Shown one piece after another: positions 1 to 23,083 of a DNA stretch of 64,000 nucleotides. Below the pieces are notes generated by a model. That model did not search any database. It was not told where the DNA came from and saw only the letters and a list, made by a program, of their open reading frames with translations. Each line of letters opens with the position of its first letter. Within the stretch, counting starts at the first letter, position 1. The translations under genes were made by a program, and so were the position numbers. Source of the DNA: Antedon mediterranea (taxonomy: Eukaryota; Animalia; Echinodermata); contig NC_092677.1 of assembly GCF_964355755.1 (NCBI RefSeq), positions 9,632,101 to 9,696,100 of the forward strand. The letters run 5' to 3'.

Positions 1-235
1 TTCGATAGTATGTAAATGAGATATAAATATTCGGCAATACCGTACGTAAATTATTATATTGCAATACTGTAAAAAGATTTGATAGTATGTAAATGAGATA
101 TAAAGATTCGGCAATACCGTACGTAAATTATTATTGCAATACTGTATGAAGATTCGATAGTATGTAAATGAGATATAAATATTCGCCAATACCGTACGTA
201 AATTATTAATGCAATACTGTATAAAGATTTGATAG
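1..235. repeat. Tandem repeat, ~75-78 bp unit, about 3 copies, decaying to ~480
   Basis: Unit TTCGATAGTATGTAAATGAGATATAAATATTCGGCAATACCGTACGTAAATTATT...GCAATACTGTA recurs at ~1, ~78 and ~153; fragments continue to ~480. Confidence 0.85.
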
Positions 236-979
236 GAGAGTGCTCAAGAAACGTCGGGTCAAGAGGATAAAATAAACAAATAAATAAATAGTAGGTAATA
301 AATGAGACATAGAGGTTCAATAGTATGTAGATTATGATGCAAACGTAAATTATTAATGATTCGATAATATATAATGTAAATATATTTAGTTAGTTATTAA
401 TATTAAAATACAAATAAAATATACATTGATTTATCCGCAGGCAAACTTAATTATTATAGAAATATAAAGATTCGATAGTACATGATTTGGCTTATATTTA
501 TTGGTTTGACCATACACACAGCTGTAACTCAACTCGCCATAGGCCATGGTGTTGACAACGACAATCAAAGATTAAAGCGCACATGGCGTTCCATACAAAT
601 GACGATATTAAACTGGCGGCCGCTTCGACCATACTCCGTCTAGCTAGGCCTAAATAAAAGTAAATAGGGAGGAGTGACCCTAGGAATCGAGGTGCCCCAT
701 CCATGCCTAGCTAGCCTACCAAGCTGTGTCCATTGAAACAGTAGACGTGTAGAGACTGAGCCTCCAAAAGGAAAAATCACAGCAATAGTACTGTAATTTA
801 ATATGTAAAACCCATGGGCCATATAAAGCCTGCAATTATTAATGAAATTATTTAAAATAATTAATTTTTAAACATTTTACAAAATCTTTTGAGATTCAAA
901 CAACAAATTAATTAAACAGTTTGTAAGCCCAATCATTCATAAGATTACAATTTAAGAATTATTGGTTTTTTTTTTTCAG

Positions 980-7067
<6,088 letters not shown>

Positions 7068-8162
7068 GAAGAACAAGATATATTCTACAATGCCGTTGTA
7101 TGCACTCTGGATTGAACAGAACTACAGCAGCAGGGCAGACACTGGCCTTCCCATATGGCTACTTGAAATGAGTACAGTTAAGCTCTGTCTACATTATGCG
7201 ACAACAAAATGTGATGTGACTATTTTTTGTCAAACTATAGTTTGATAGTGTAGACAGAGCATTCTTTCTATCCTGTATAGGTCTTTATCGATACTTTCAA
7301 TTAAACTAATACCTGTAGATACTATATTACTTTAAGAAGTTAAGATTTGAATTGACACTATTTAATAGCAAAAGTAATAATAACAATGTGTGTTGAAATA
7401 TAATATTTTAGAAAAATTAAGTTGTTTCTGTCATGTCTGTAAAGTTATGATTAGTTGAACAGTATCACTGTTATCAGGGTTTATTATCTCACATTTCATA
7501 TAGTCTAAACTACTGTATACAATTATGTTTATATGTATAAAAAGTTGTTTTGCAAGACGGCATCAATTCATGGATGCAATGTAGTTAAGGAAGAGAGATT
7601 CATATGTTAAAATAAAATAACACTATCAAATCAAAGTTATTTTCTTTTTTATATTTTTCATTTATTTGATTGATAACAATCATTGTTTTTTTCAAATCAG
7701 TTTTGCATTCCCAACTGCAGTTTCTTATTTATAATACAGTATTGAGTTTTTTGTTTTTTTTTCTTTTTTTGTTTCTGCATATCGCCTGACGACAAATCGC
7801 AGTCACAATTCTTGTAGGAACTAGATTTCATCAGGTAGCAAGCTATGCGCCACCAAAAGTGTCATCTGGAATGTACCATCTATCTAGACTTGCTTCGGAG
7901 TCTCTCCGAGTTATTTTTTTATGTTGTAATACTTTACGAGTACCACTAGTGGCGTTTTCTTTCTTTTTTTATTCCCGCTCAAGTATGACATGCCAAGTGT
8001 GCAAAAACTTTTTACTTTTAAGAGCATTAAACCAAATTGCAGTCTAGAGCATAGCCTACAATGTATTCCGCATTAGCAATGCACAGTAGGCTATATACAG
8101 GCTCATAGCCATACTGGCCTCTTGACATACAGTACTTCCTGATTTTTTGCATATTCTTTCAT

Positions 8163-8790
8163 TCAAAATTTATCTGGATGGTTCTTCAATTCTGTCATCA
8201 GTCTAGCCTCAACCAATGGCAAGAACTCTCCCACTGCAGGTAAGTTACAGCTCACAAATACTTGTTTTCCAGTTTTCTTTGCTAAAATAAAAAAGAAAAT
8301 CATTAAACTTCTGATATACTATTTAATAGAATTATTGAGAAAATAATGTGTAATTGAAATAAGGATATTTCAGTACCTAATCTTTGAGCTATTGAGTTGG
8401 CAGACAAGTCTGCCATATCCCCCAGTAGTGTTGTTGTAGATGCTGTATTTTTTTCCTACAAAAATGAAATTGGTAACAGGTACAAGAATTGAATATACAA
8501 GGCAGTACGGTTGTAACTTCCATTATTATGCACAGTATAAAATGATTAAAACTCTGTAGATAGGAAGTGAGATTCAAAAAAGGTAACTGTATTATATCCA
8601 GTGAACTTACAAATTTTGAGTTAATTGCTACAGATAAATTGGTTAATTCATGTGGAACCGTTCCAATCCATACTAAGAAACTTTCATGTAACTGAAGAAC
8701 ATAAAAGTGCACACATTTTTCAAACATTGTTGTGCTAAAACGGTGTTCATTCAGTTGACAAGTAGCATTTGTACCGACATTACCAGACAT
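8163..8790 (-). CDS. PSMG4: Proteasome assembly chaperone 4, 125 aa, 3 coding exons
   Basis: Exons 8790-8611, 8455-8377, 8281-8163: MSGN...HRFSTTMFEKCVHFYVLQLHESFLVWIG...LTNLSVAINSKF / EKNTASTTTLLGDMADLSANSIAQRL / AKKTGKQVFVSCNLP...LVEARLMTELKNHPDKF*. An acceptor just upstream of the ATG (~8797) implies a 5'UTR intron. Confidence 0.92.
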
Positions 8791-8869
8791 GATTTCCTAA
8801 AAAATTAAAAAGAAATAAGTTTAATGTTTATGGGCCTAGTTTGCCCTTTGTCTTTGCATAAAATAAAAA

Positions 8870-9390
8870 TACTAAACTAGGCCTATATATAGATATAGGC
8901 ATCCTAGCCTAACAAACATGGATAGGCCGGTATAATGCCTAGCTAGGTCCTAGTAGGGTAGGCCTAGCTAGCTAGGCTAGGCCTAGCTAGCTAGGCTAGG
9001 CCTAGAGTGGGGTTTTCCTCATTATAATTTCAGTTAGGACATTTGGACAATCCATTAGCTAGGCCTACACTACTGCCGAGCGAGGATAACATGAATGATC
9101 ATGCATGCCTAACTAGGCCTAGGTCTAGTAGCTAGTTAGTAGTGGCTATAGCCTAGCCCTAAGTAGGCCTAGCTAGGCTAGGGTTGTAAGCTAGCTTGAT
9201 GCCTATAGGCTAGTAGTAGGCCTACCCAGGCCTAGCTAGTAGGGCCTAGGCCTAATAGTAAAAAGAAGGCTAGCATGGGCCTACCAGATGCTTAAATTAT
9301 TCGTTATTTTTTAATACTACTAATTAAGGATCTAATATTCCCATCCAATGTTTTCCCAAAAAATAACTAGGCCTAGGCCTATAAAATAAC
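8870..9390. repeat. Low-complexity CTAG/AGGCCT palindromic patchwork
   Basis: Dense runs such as TAGGCCTAGCTAGCTAGGCTAGGCCTAG; similar patches at ~6100-6460, ~10130, ~17700-17800, ~45540-45670 and in tubulin intron 1. Confidence 0.8.
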
Positions 9391-9499
9391 ACCTAAAATA
9401 ACTCGCCTACTACTGTAGGTAACAAGCTAGTATAACAAAACAAAAAATATCGGGTTTTTTTACCATGAGGGACATCAATTTATGAAGTGAGCCCCCAAT

Positions 9500-9800
9500 A
9501 TCAATGTCTCCTCGCCGCGCGCGCCCCTGGCCGGCTGCCCCGCAAAAATGTGATCCAATCATATCATGCATTATCCCCCGGCCGGTCCAACACAACTTCC
9601 TTCCCCCTCTCGCGATCTCCAATCTCGTACTTGTGATTGGCGGAGCCATCTGCAATCTGACATGACGTCACATTGCGCGCGATAATTTGGGGAACTTGAG
9701 ACAATTTTGAATGATTCAACCAATCAAATACTAGTATTAGACCGCGCGTTTCAATAAAATTTGAATATCGCATCATCGTTCACCGCCATAATTCTCAGTT
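9500..9800. promoter_or_regulatory. CpG-rich putative bidirectional promoter between PSMG4 and beta-tubulin copy 1
   Basis: Local GC/CpG enrichment, CCAAT boxes on both strands (~9556, 9619, 9636, 9720) and a full CRE TGACGTCA at 9663, between divergent genes. Confidence 0.6.
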
Positions 9801-10463
9801 CGAAAGCAGGCAGCCAAGGAAAACGTCCGTTTGGGCAACAAGATAAATTTAGGCTAGATTAATCAAGGTTAGGCTGTTTAAATGTCAATCTTTAATAGTA
9901 TATAAAGTATATTATATAGAATAATAATAATCTATCCTATTTTGACTAGAGCTAGGCTAAGCTTTTTAGTTTAAATTTTAAAAATATCCATACACCGGTT
10001 GTTCTTTTCGTTGTGGATTCAGACAGATTTTGTGTTGATGGAAGATGCTCAAACCCCACCCCAATACCCCCCCCCCCCCCCGCTCCGGGGTGTGATGTGG
10101 ATTTTTAGGGAATCAATATTTTATTGTATAGCCTAGGCCCTAGGCTAGGCCTAATATTATTAATGGAGGTTAGGCCTAGGAATTTAAGATTGCCTTTATT
10201 ATAATTTTAAATTCAAGTTCATTTTTGATGGTTCAGAAATTTGCAACATGTGGTCTTGTCTGACCTTTGAATGACTCATCCAGCAGTGTGTAGTAGGCGG
10301 ATTAATATGTATTGCTAGTCACTGAGACTCATTAGTATTCACATTTCTCACTATAAAGACTGAGCCCTAGTTACCAAGCATTCACTTGCAGGCTTTCCAC
10401 CACATAGTGACTGATCTCTTTACAAATACTGTAATTATAATATTTTTATATTTTGTACAGTAA

Positions 10464-12255
<1,792 letters not shown>

Positions 12256-12874
12256 AAAGTACTTTTGAACATTTTCCACCACTTTACCGTTTTCACAATT
12301 AATGGATTTTCATGTTTAATAAAGAATGTTTTTTTTCAATAGAATCATTTTGATACAGTGCAATACTGAAACAACCATTAATAATTAATTATACATACCA
12401 CATTCATTTGCAATATGAAAACTAAATCTACATGGAATTCAATAAACAATGAATTGAGCAAATGCATGTTTCTTTGTTTTCATTCTATATTACGCCGATA
12501 GTGCAGGTATACCTATGATGTTACATAGGTATACCTGTACAGTACTACATGTATTTTTTTCTCAGAACATTTTTAGCCAGTACTGTTTCAACATAAATAA
12601 AGTACAATACAATTTCTTTTTATTGGGCCTTCATATTAAAATAATAAAATAGTTTACAGTACTGTACTACAAATTAATATAGAATGGTGGTTATTAGTGG
12701 GAAGAAAGCAGTTTTGTTGTACTTTTTTTTTTTAAAGAGTGTGTAACTGATGGCAACATTTTTTTTTATATTCGACTATATTCAACATTAGGAATGAAAT
12801 GAATCTGTAAAACAATACCTGATACAATAGGAGAAACAAGATTATACGATCCAAAAGTACAGAGTACCTTTACA

Positions 12875-13105
12875 CTAGGACGATAACTATCGACGATAAA
12901 TATATACATGCAGTTTGTTTACATAAAACAAAAGAAATTAGAATGTTCTGTCTTTGATAAAAATAACGGGGACGTGTTAAAATATCGTTTCATCAAAGAC
13001 AGCATAAATTTACTCTATAGTTCTAGAATGAAAAGTTTTTATATTTTTTTTTATGTATGAAAAATGCATATTTGTCTATTTATCGTCGATCGTTAAAATG
13101 GGCCT
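12875..13105. mobile_element. Degenerate small inverted-repeat element
   Basis: ATCGACGATAAATA (~12889) pairs with TATTTATCGTCGAT (~13077); a second short inverted pair lies at ~13172-13285. Confidence 0.45.
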
Positions 13106-13960
13106 ATAGTTCCTGCATTTTTACGTTATGACCGAAAAAGTTACACACCGTACTACTATGTACAGTACCACACTAAAATGAAACCAGTTTAGATTTATTA
13201 AAGAGTATCAAACAAACAAATTGTCCATGGATATGATACTCTCTCTAAAGGCTTAATAAATCTAAACTCAGGTTTCATTTTGGTATCATACAGATGCGGA
13301 GATCAAAGGGTTTATATGTGGCTGCGACACGATCAGAGAGAATATGTACAGAATGTTGGTATTTGTCGCAGCCAGACATAACAGGGCCGTAGCCAGGATC
13401 TGTCAAGGGGGGTTCGGACACTAAATATTTGGGTCAACCCCCCTCCCCCCTCCCCCAGCCTGATGCGAAGCGAATTTTGTTAAATGACACCCCTAGATGG
13501 CCGGAAAAGACACTCTCGTGCAGCATGCTATAATTATAACCAATGAGCAAAAAGATCGTACTTTTTTCCTCCTCCTCAAACACGTCGATAATTTAAATGA
13601 CGATAACTATTTGTTGCCGTATGTTAGATGCGCGTGCTCTGTGCGGAACCGCCGATTGTTTACTCCGTATTTTGTTTTGCGTTCAAGTTCAATGCGAACG
13701 TATATCTAGGAGCAGCCCCGAAAAAAGCACACTGGGCGAAGGCAAATGCTATTTGCTAGCTCTATCTATAATATTTATTTACAGAAATTTGTTGAGGAAT
13801 ATAAATATGTAAATAGGTGATATTGATACATTTTAGTACGTATCGGCTGGTGGTCTAGAAAAAAATAATCGGATGCCATAATGTGAACTACAGTACTTGA
13901 TACCATAGATATTATAGTGTAAAATATTAATATTCACTATAATCCTCTATGATACATTTA

Positions 13961-16900
13961 GGCTAGTCAATCTAGCAAAAAAAACAGCCCAAAGTGAAAC
14001 AAATTGCAAACAGAGATTTTTCTTTTTTAAATGGTCATATATGATGAGGAGATCAAAATTTGAGCATCACACCTCTGTCACTCATCCCGATGATATGCAA
14101 ATTAGCTTAAATATGCAAATTAGGGTGAAATTACAACGTTACCATATCTCAAAAACTACTAGTCCGAGAGAGTTGATTTTTTCACTGATCTATTCAAAAT
14201 GTATATATTTATATTTACTCTAATGAAACATTTTACGAAAAAATGACCGGAAGTACAACATTTGACCTTCGACCCCATTTCTCAATGTTTGCATATACAA
14301 TGTGACTAAAATGTCTGTAGAGACTTTATTTTGCCCTCAAATGACCCAGACATAGGTTCCTAATAGCCAGCATAGGATCACTTTGTAATTCCCAAAATCA
14401 CACCTTTGTCACACACCTCGAAAGTATGCAAATTAGTAGTACAATTTAAATAAAATATGCAAATAAGGGGAAAAAATTACAGTTGTCCTATATCTCGAAA
14501 ACCACTAATGCTAGAGAGCTGATTTTTTCACAGCCGTATTCAAAATGTACATATTTCTATTTGCTCCAATGAAACATTTTACAAAAAATTGACCGGAAAT
14601 ATGACATTTGACCCTCGACCCCATTTCTCAATATTGCATATATAAATGAAACTAAAATGTCTGTAGAGACTTTGTTTTGCCCTCAAATGACTCCGATACA
14701 GGTTTCTAATAGCCAACATAGGACTGTTTAGTAGATCTCAAAATCACACCTGTATCACTCGCCTCCAAAGTATGCAAATTATTAGTACAAGTTACATGAA
14801 ATATGCAAATTAGAGGGTGAAATTAAAGGTTCCTATATATCGAAAACCACTAAGGCTAGAGAGTTGATTTTTTCAATAACTTGTTCAGAATGTACATATT
14901 TATATTTACTCTAATGAAACATTTTACGATAAAATGACCGGAAATACAACAATTGACCCTCAACCCCATTTATTAATGTTTGCATACATAATGCGACTAA
15001 AATGTCTGTAGAGACTTTGTTTTGGACTCAAATAACTCGGATACATGTTTCCTATAGTCAGCATAGGACCGCTTTGTAATTCCCAAAATCACGCCTTCGT
15101 TTTGGCATGGTTGGAATTCCCTTTTTTCGTATTAGTTTATGTACAGCGCTTAGAGGTTACACAACATTAGGCGCTATATAAATCCAGGATAATATTATTA
15201 TTATTTCTCAATATTTGCATATAATGCAACTAAAATGTATGTACAGACTTTGTTTTGGCCTCAAATGACTCGGATACAGGTTTTATATAGCCAGTATAAG
15301 TCAAGCACCTCGAAAGTAGTAGTACAAGCTATATGAAATATGCAAATTACAGTGAATTGCCTTATGTATCTCGAAAACGCTAATGACCGAGAGAGAGAGA
15401 TATGGCAACTTTCTTGTACTACTGATTTGCATACTTTCAAGCGAAGTAACAGAGGTGTGATTTTGAGAATTACTAAACAGTTCTATGCTGGCTATAGAAA
15501 ACCTGTATCTGGGTCATTATTGAAAAAAAAATTTATCGAAAGTATGACATTTGACCCTCGAACCTATTTCTCAATATTTGCATATAATGCAACTAAAATG
15601 TATGTACATACTTTGTTTTGGCCTCAAATGACTTGGATACAGGTTTTATATAGCCAGTATAGGATCGTTTAGTAATTCCAAAAGTCAAGCAACTCGAAAG
15701 TATGCAAATTATTAGTACAAGTTATATGAAATATGCAAATTACAGCCTTATGTATCTCGAAAAACGCTAATGACCGATAGAGATATGGCAACTTTCACCT
15801 CTTGTACTACTAATTTGCATATTTTCTAGGGAAGTAACAAAGGTGTGATTTTGAGAATTACTACAGTTCTATGCTGGCTATAGAAAACCTGTATCTGAGT
15901 CATTTGAGGCCAAAACAGTCTGTACAGATATTTTAGTTGAATTATATGAAAATATTGAGAAATAGGGTCAACGGTCAAATGTCATAATTCAATCGAGACA
16001 ATTTTTGCATAAAATGTTTCATTACAGCGAATATAAATATGTACATTCTGAATCAACTCTGAATTCAAATCAACTCTCTAGCATTAATGGTTTTCGAGAT
16101 ATGGGAAGACTGTAATTTCACCCCTAATTTGCATATTTCATGTAACTTGTACTAATAATTTGCATACTTTCAAGGTATGTGACAAAGATGTGATTTTGGG
16201 AATTACAAAGAGGTCCTATGCTGACAATAGGAAAACTGTATCCGAGTCATTTGAGTCCAAAAAAATTATCTACAGACATTTTAGTCGCATTATGTATGCA
16301 AACATTGATAAATAGGGTCAAGGGTCAATTGTTGTATTTCCGGTAATTTTTTCGTAAAATGTTTCATTAGAGCAAATATAAATATGTACATTCTGAACAA
16401 GTTTTTGAAAAAATCAACTCTCTACCTTAGCGGTTTTCGATACATATAGGAACCTGTAATTTCACCCCCTAATTTGCATATTTCATGTAACTTGTACTAA
16501 TAATTTGCATACTTTGAAGGTGAGTGATACAGGTGTGATTTTGAGATTTACTAAACATTCCTATGTTGGCTATTAGAAACCTGTATCCGAGTCATTTGAG
16601 GGCAAAACAAAGTCTCTACAGACATTTTAGTTTTCATTATATATGCAATATTGAGAAATGGGGTCGAGGGTCAAATGTTATAGTTCCGGGCATTTTTTTG
16701 TAAAATGTCTCATTACAGCAAATATAAATATATACATTTTAAATATTTTAGTGAAAAAATCAACACTCTAGCATTAGCGGTTTTCTAGATATGGCAACGG
16801 TGTAATTTCACTCCCTAATTTGCATATTTAATATTACTTGTACTACTAATTTGCATACTTTCGAGGTGCGTGACGAAGTTGTGATTTTAGGAATTATAAT

Positions 16901-18623
16901 ACAGTTCTATGGTGGGTATTGAAAAACAATATCCAAGTCATTGAGTCCAAAATAAAGTCTCTACAGACATTTTAATCACATATTTATGTAAATATTGAGA
17001 AATTGGGGCAAGGGTCAAAATTTGGTACTTCCGGACATTTTTATGTAAAATGTCTCATTAGAGCAAATATAAATATATATATTCTGAACCAGACTGTGCA
17101 AAAATGAACTCTCTACGATTAGTAGTTTTTAAGATATGGTAACCCTGTAATTTCACCCTAATTTGCATATTTAAGCTAATTTGCATACCTTCGGGATGAG
17201 TGTCAGAGGTGTGATGCTCAAAAAATAATTACCTTATCATATGTAACCATTTAAAAAAAAAAATCTCTGTTTGCAATTTGTTTCACTCAAAATGCTAGCT
17301 AGATTGACTCATGGATTAAAGAATAGAAGGATATGCATCGACGTGAGATCAAGGGTTCCTTGACTCTCGCCGACAGACCGCGGACCGCCCACAATGTTAC
17401 AGTTTAATTAACCGCATGGTAACAACGAAACGGTCGCGTGCCTAATATATTGTTTACTGCACATGTGCAACGACATTTAACCTTGTTGGCTACTACGCTT
17501 CTTTCGCGCGTTCTTTGGTGGCATGATGTTTGTAGATGGTCAACTATTGACTATGTTGGTTTCTGCCGCGATTGATCTACGCTAATGATTTTTTTATGAT
17601 GATTAAAGTAGCATTTTATGACCTGTAGTAGCCCTACATCTGAGACAATAACTATTAGTTGTCTCATTTGTTGTAAAATTACAAAATCAGCAAGAATGCT
17701 AGCCTAGCTAGGCCCAGGCCTTGTACTAACTAGGCTAAACTGGGCTAGTAAACCCTATGATTTGCCGACATTGATACTGCCTAGGTAGGCCTAGGCTAAT
17801 CTTAAATACTCACCGTTGTCTTACTTCTTGTGTGAATAATAATAATAGGTAGGCCTACTTCGTTTGTTCGTGATCAAGTTTGCCCTGCGTGTACTTTTCA
17901 AAACGACCGCTAGGTAACGAATCGCAACTATACATAGCCAGCCAATCCCGGATCAGGGATCGCTGTTTTCATTCAATTAGGCCCGGTGATTGGATGTGAT
18001 GTGGATGACATAACCACTAGCCAATCACCAGGCACTACAGTTTAAATATAATCACATCGATAATTAAGGAGATTTATGAAGAAACCACTGCTTAGCCATA
18101 TATTAAAAAACACGATTGTTGTATGTCTGAACACCGGCCACGCTAACAACATACATGGTCAAATGCATAATTTAATATTCTATAGATTAACGCAATTTTT
18201 AATGACAGAAGATGGCAGGCAAATAATGATAATTCAAATATAAAAATGGCATATTTTATTAATATTACCAACTACCTAAAATTACCAGTCGTAAGAAAGT
18301 GAACTTTTCGTAGTCCGATTGTGATGAAACTAAAACAGAATTATTCAGCAATATATGTTTGTTATCAATTAATCATCGACGCAGACATGTCAATAGAACA
18401 TTCAGACTGCGCATACGATTTCTACATGGTTACGTTTTGGTCTAAAAAAATGTAACAGTTGATTCGCAGCGTTTTACAGAGGGCCGCGGTTAGAGACACG
18501 GAGTTCAATGAACGTGTTTGTTGATTGGCAGCAGTGCTTTAGTATAGGCAAGCGCGTTGTAAAATCGTTTGATGTCACCGTCGATGCATATCCTTCTATT
18601 CTTTAATCCATGATTGACTAGCC
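13961..18623. mobile_element. Foldback-type element: ~3.3-kb palindrome of ~345-bp sub-repeats, TA-flanked
   Basis: TA|GGCTAGTCAATCTAGC ... GCTAGATTGACTAGCC|TA once the P-like insert is removed. The left arm (13961-~15330) mirrors the right arm (~15900-17309); CAAAATCAC anchors recur at ~14394, 14740, 15084. Confidence 0.85.
17310..18612. mobile_element. Non-autonomous P-superfamily-like element (CAT...ATG termini, 34-bp perfect TIR, 7-bp TSD)
   Basis: ATTGACT|CATGGATTAAAGAATAGAAGGATATGCATCGACG ... CGTCGATGCATATCCTTCTATTCTTTAATCCATG|ATTGACT, inserted in the right TIR of the foldback element. Confidence 0.85.
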
Positions 18624-20723
18624 TAATTATACTTCATAGTCACACATAAATACTGATGTACGTCGGAAGGCTATATACTTTATGCATGCTGCCTTACTGC
18701 CAGTGATCTAAACAATTATAGGTACGCAGTTTGTCTGGCGGTGTCCTTTGTACGAATCGTTCGTGCGCCAGCTCGCTATGAGACGCGTCAATATCATGTT
18801 ACATGCAGGGACCAAACATTTATTTTTCAGGTTAAAATCGGCAATTCATTTGCAGCTTTTAGAAATTTACAGACACGTATCACTAGTTGACGCTCATACA
18901 GAGAAGAAGGTTCACGAACAAGTTTACGAATTTTTCAATTTACAAACAACTTTTTGTACTGTGGGGCACGTATTTGGAGGATTTTTGGAGATGAGGGTGA
19001 GGTATTGGGCATGTCGGGGATGGGGGTTCGCAGTTGGTTAAGGGGGGTTCGCTGTAAAGGGGGGGGGGGTTCGCCCGAACCATAAAAACCCCCCCTGGCT
19101 ACGGGCCTGCATAAGATAAATACAAAGGACTGTAAGTGTAAAGCTAGCTATGTCTACACTATCAAACTAGTTTAGTGTCATGTACCCAAATATGGTAGTG
19201 ATATACCCAAATATGGTAGGTAGTGATATGACATCACCATGTCCATATATGGACACATCACATTTTTTGTCACATAAAGTTTGATAGTAGTGTAGACCAT
19301 GGAGTTATATAACTCCATGGAGTTATTATAACTCCATGTGTAGACAGGGCTTTACGAGTTCCTATCTACGAGTTCGGTGTTGAATGTTAGATCGTGGAGG
19401 TATAACTCCATGGTTAGCTTGCCTTGATCATTCCAGCTTCTATTCGTCTCTCTATAGACCTAAGCAGGGATATGATGCGCGTCTGTCTTTTTACAATGAT
19501 TGACATTTGCTTATTTTGAAGATGACGTCATCATTACCCGACGTTACCATGGGCGAGTGACAACAAACACGAAAGTGGAAATCACTACATAACACAACTA
19601 GGCCTACGTATTCGATTTATTATAAATACTGCACCTGCAATAGCAGTACAACCGTAACTCAACCAATTCCTTTCCACTCCAATTTATGGTTTAAAAAAAC
19701 AATGCCTACACAACAGCCACGTATCAGCGTGAATGGTTGTTTTCAGAGTGAATGGTTGTTTTCAGAATGTATTATTATAAATAATATTTTTAAATATTTT
19801 TTAAAATTCATACGAAATGAAGGAACTTGCCCCTGTTAAAAATCGTCAATCATCAATATATATTATAGGCCTATATTTATAATAATATAAAATTAGGAAC
19901 TCCACGACACAACATACTTCATATGATACTGAAGATTTTCTTTTCTTAACTAAATAATAATAATATGTTTTATCAAGCACATAATTTTAACAAGTTTAAA
20001 ACATAAAAAATAAGTAGATATTTATAAATTATTGAAGATGAATCCAAATATGTAAATAATAAAATAAATCAACCAATAATAGTTTAAATTGACGTTTAAA
20101 TAAAGAACAGCTATGTGATAAACGTCGCAAATTTTTGGAAAATACACTATCCTATGTTATAAAACCATTACATGAATTGTTTTCTTGAAGGAGATGCATG
20201 GTTGTTGGTTACAATGTGTATACCTAGCAACCAAAGTTCTCTAAGTCGAAGTACCCACGATGTGTGCTTAAGTTTACACATCCGCAAGTAATCCGACTTG
20301 TTTGTTTCCCGCCGTTACCGTTGCTAAGAGTTAAAAAGGGATCGTCTCAAAAATCTCTAACACAAAATTGCAGTATTTTTAATTAAATCACATTTTAAAA
20401 CATATTTTAATACTTAAATATTATACTTTAAAGTTATTTTATAAAGAAAAAAACCTAAAACTACAACAAAATAGTCGTAAAATGTAGTTTGAAAGATGTA
20501 GGCCTATACATGTTTTCAAATGTAGCATTGTTAAGAAGGTCCGCGTAAAACAAAGTAGTTCTTGCCCTTTAATCGGTCGCTGGCAGAAGGGAAAAGGCTA
20601 CCGAATGTTCTGGTAATATAAGTAGCAGGGTTGCTATTGGGTAATCATTCCGTGCCAAGCCAGACAGGAGAAGCACATTTGCATTACATTTTATTACTAA
20701 ATTATAAATTATTTCAAATAACC

Positions 20724-23083
<2,360 letters not shown>

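Larger units (their letters stand above)
13382..19109. mobile_element. Non-autonomous DNA transposon with 16-bp TIRs and 5-bp TSD (hAT5-like), carrying nested insertions
   Basis: CATAA|CAGGGCCGTAGCCAGG ... CCTGGCTACGGGCCTG|CATAA; the uninterrupted host copy at ~3075 has a single CATAA. Confidence 0.85.

Noticed and set aside
546-660. Candidate first coding exon of NFS1 (ATG at 546 or 583)
   Set aside because: The frames hit stops and I found no convincing phase-compatible donor for the exon at 980; the first exon is probably outside the window.
13497-19041. Transposase genes within the nested elements
   Set aside because: Only short ORFs with no recognisable DDE, THAP or BED motifs; the elements appear non-autonomous.
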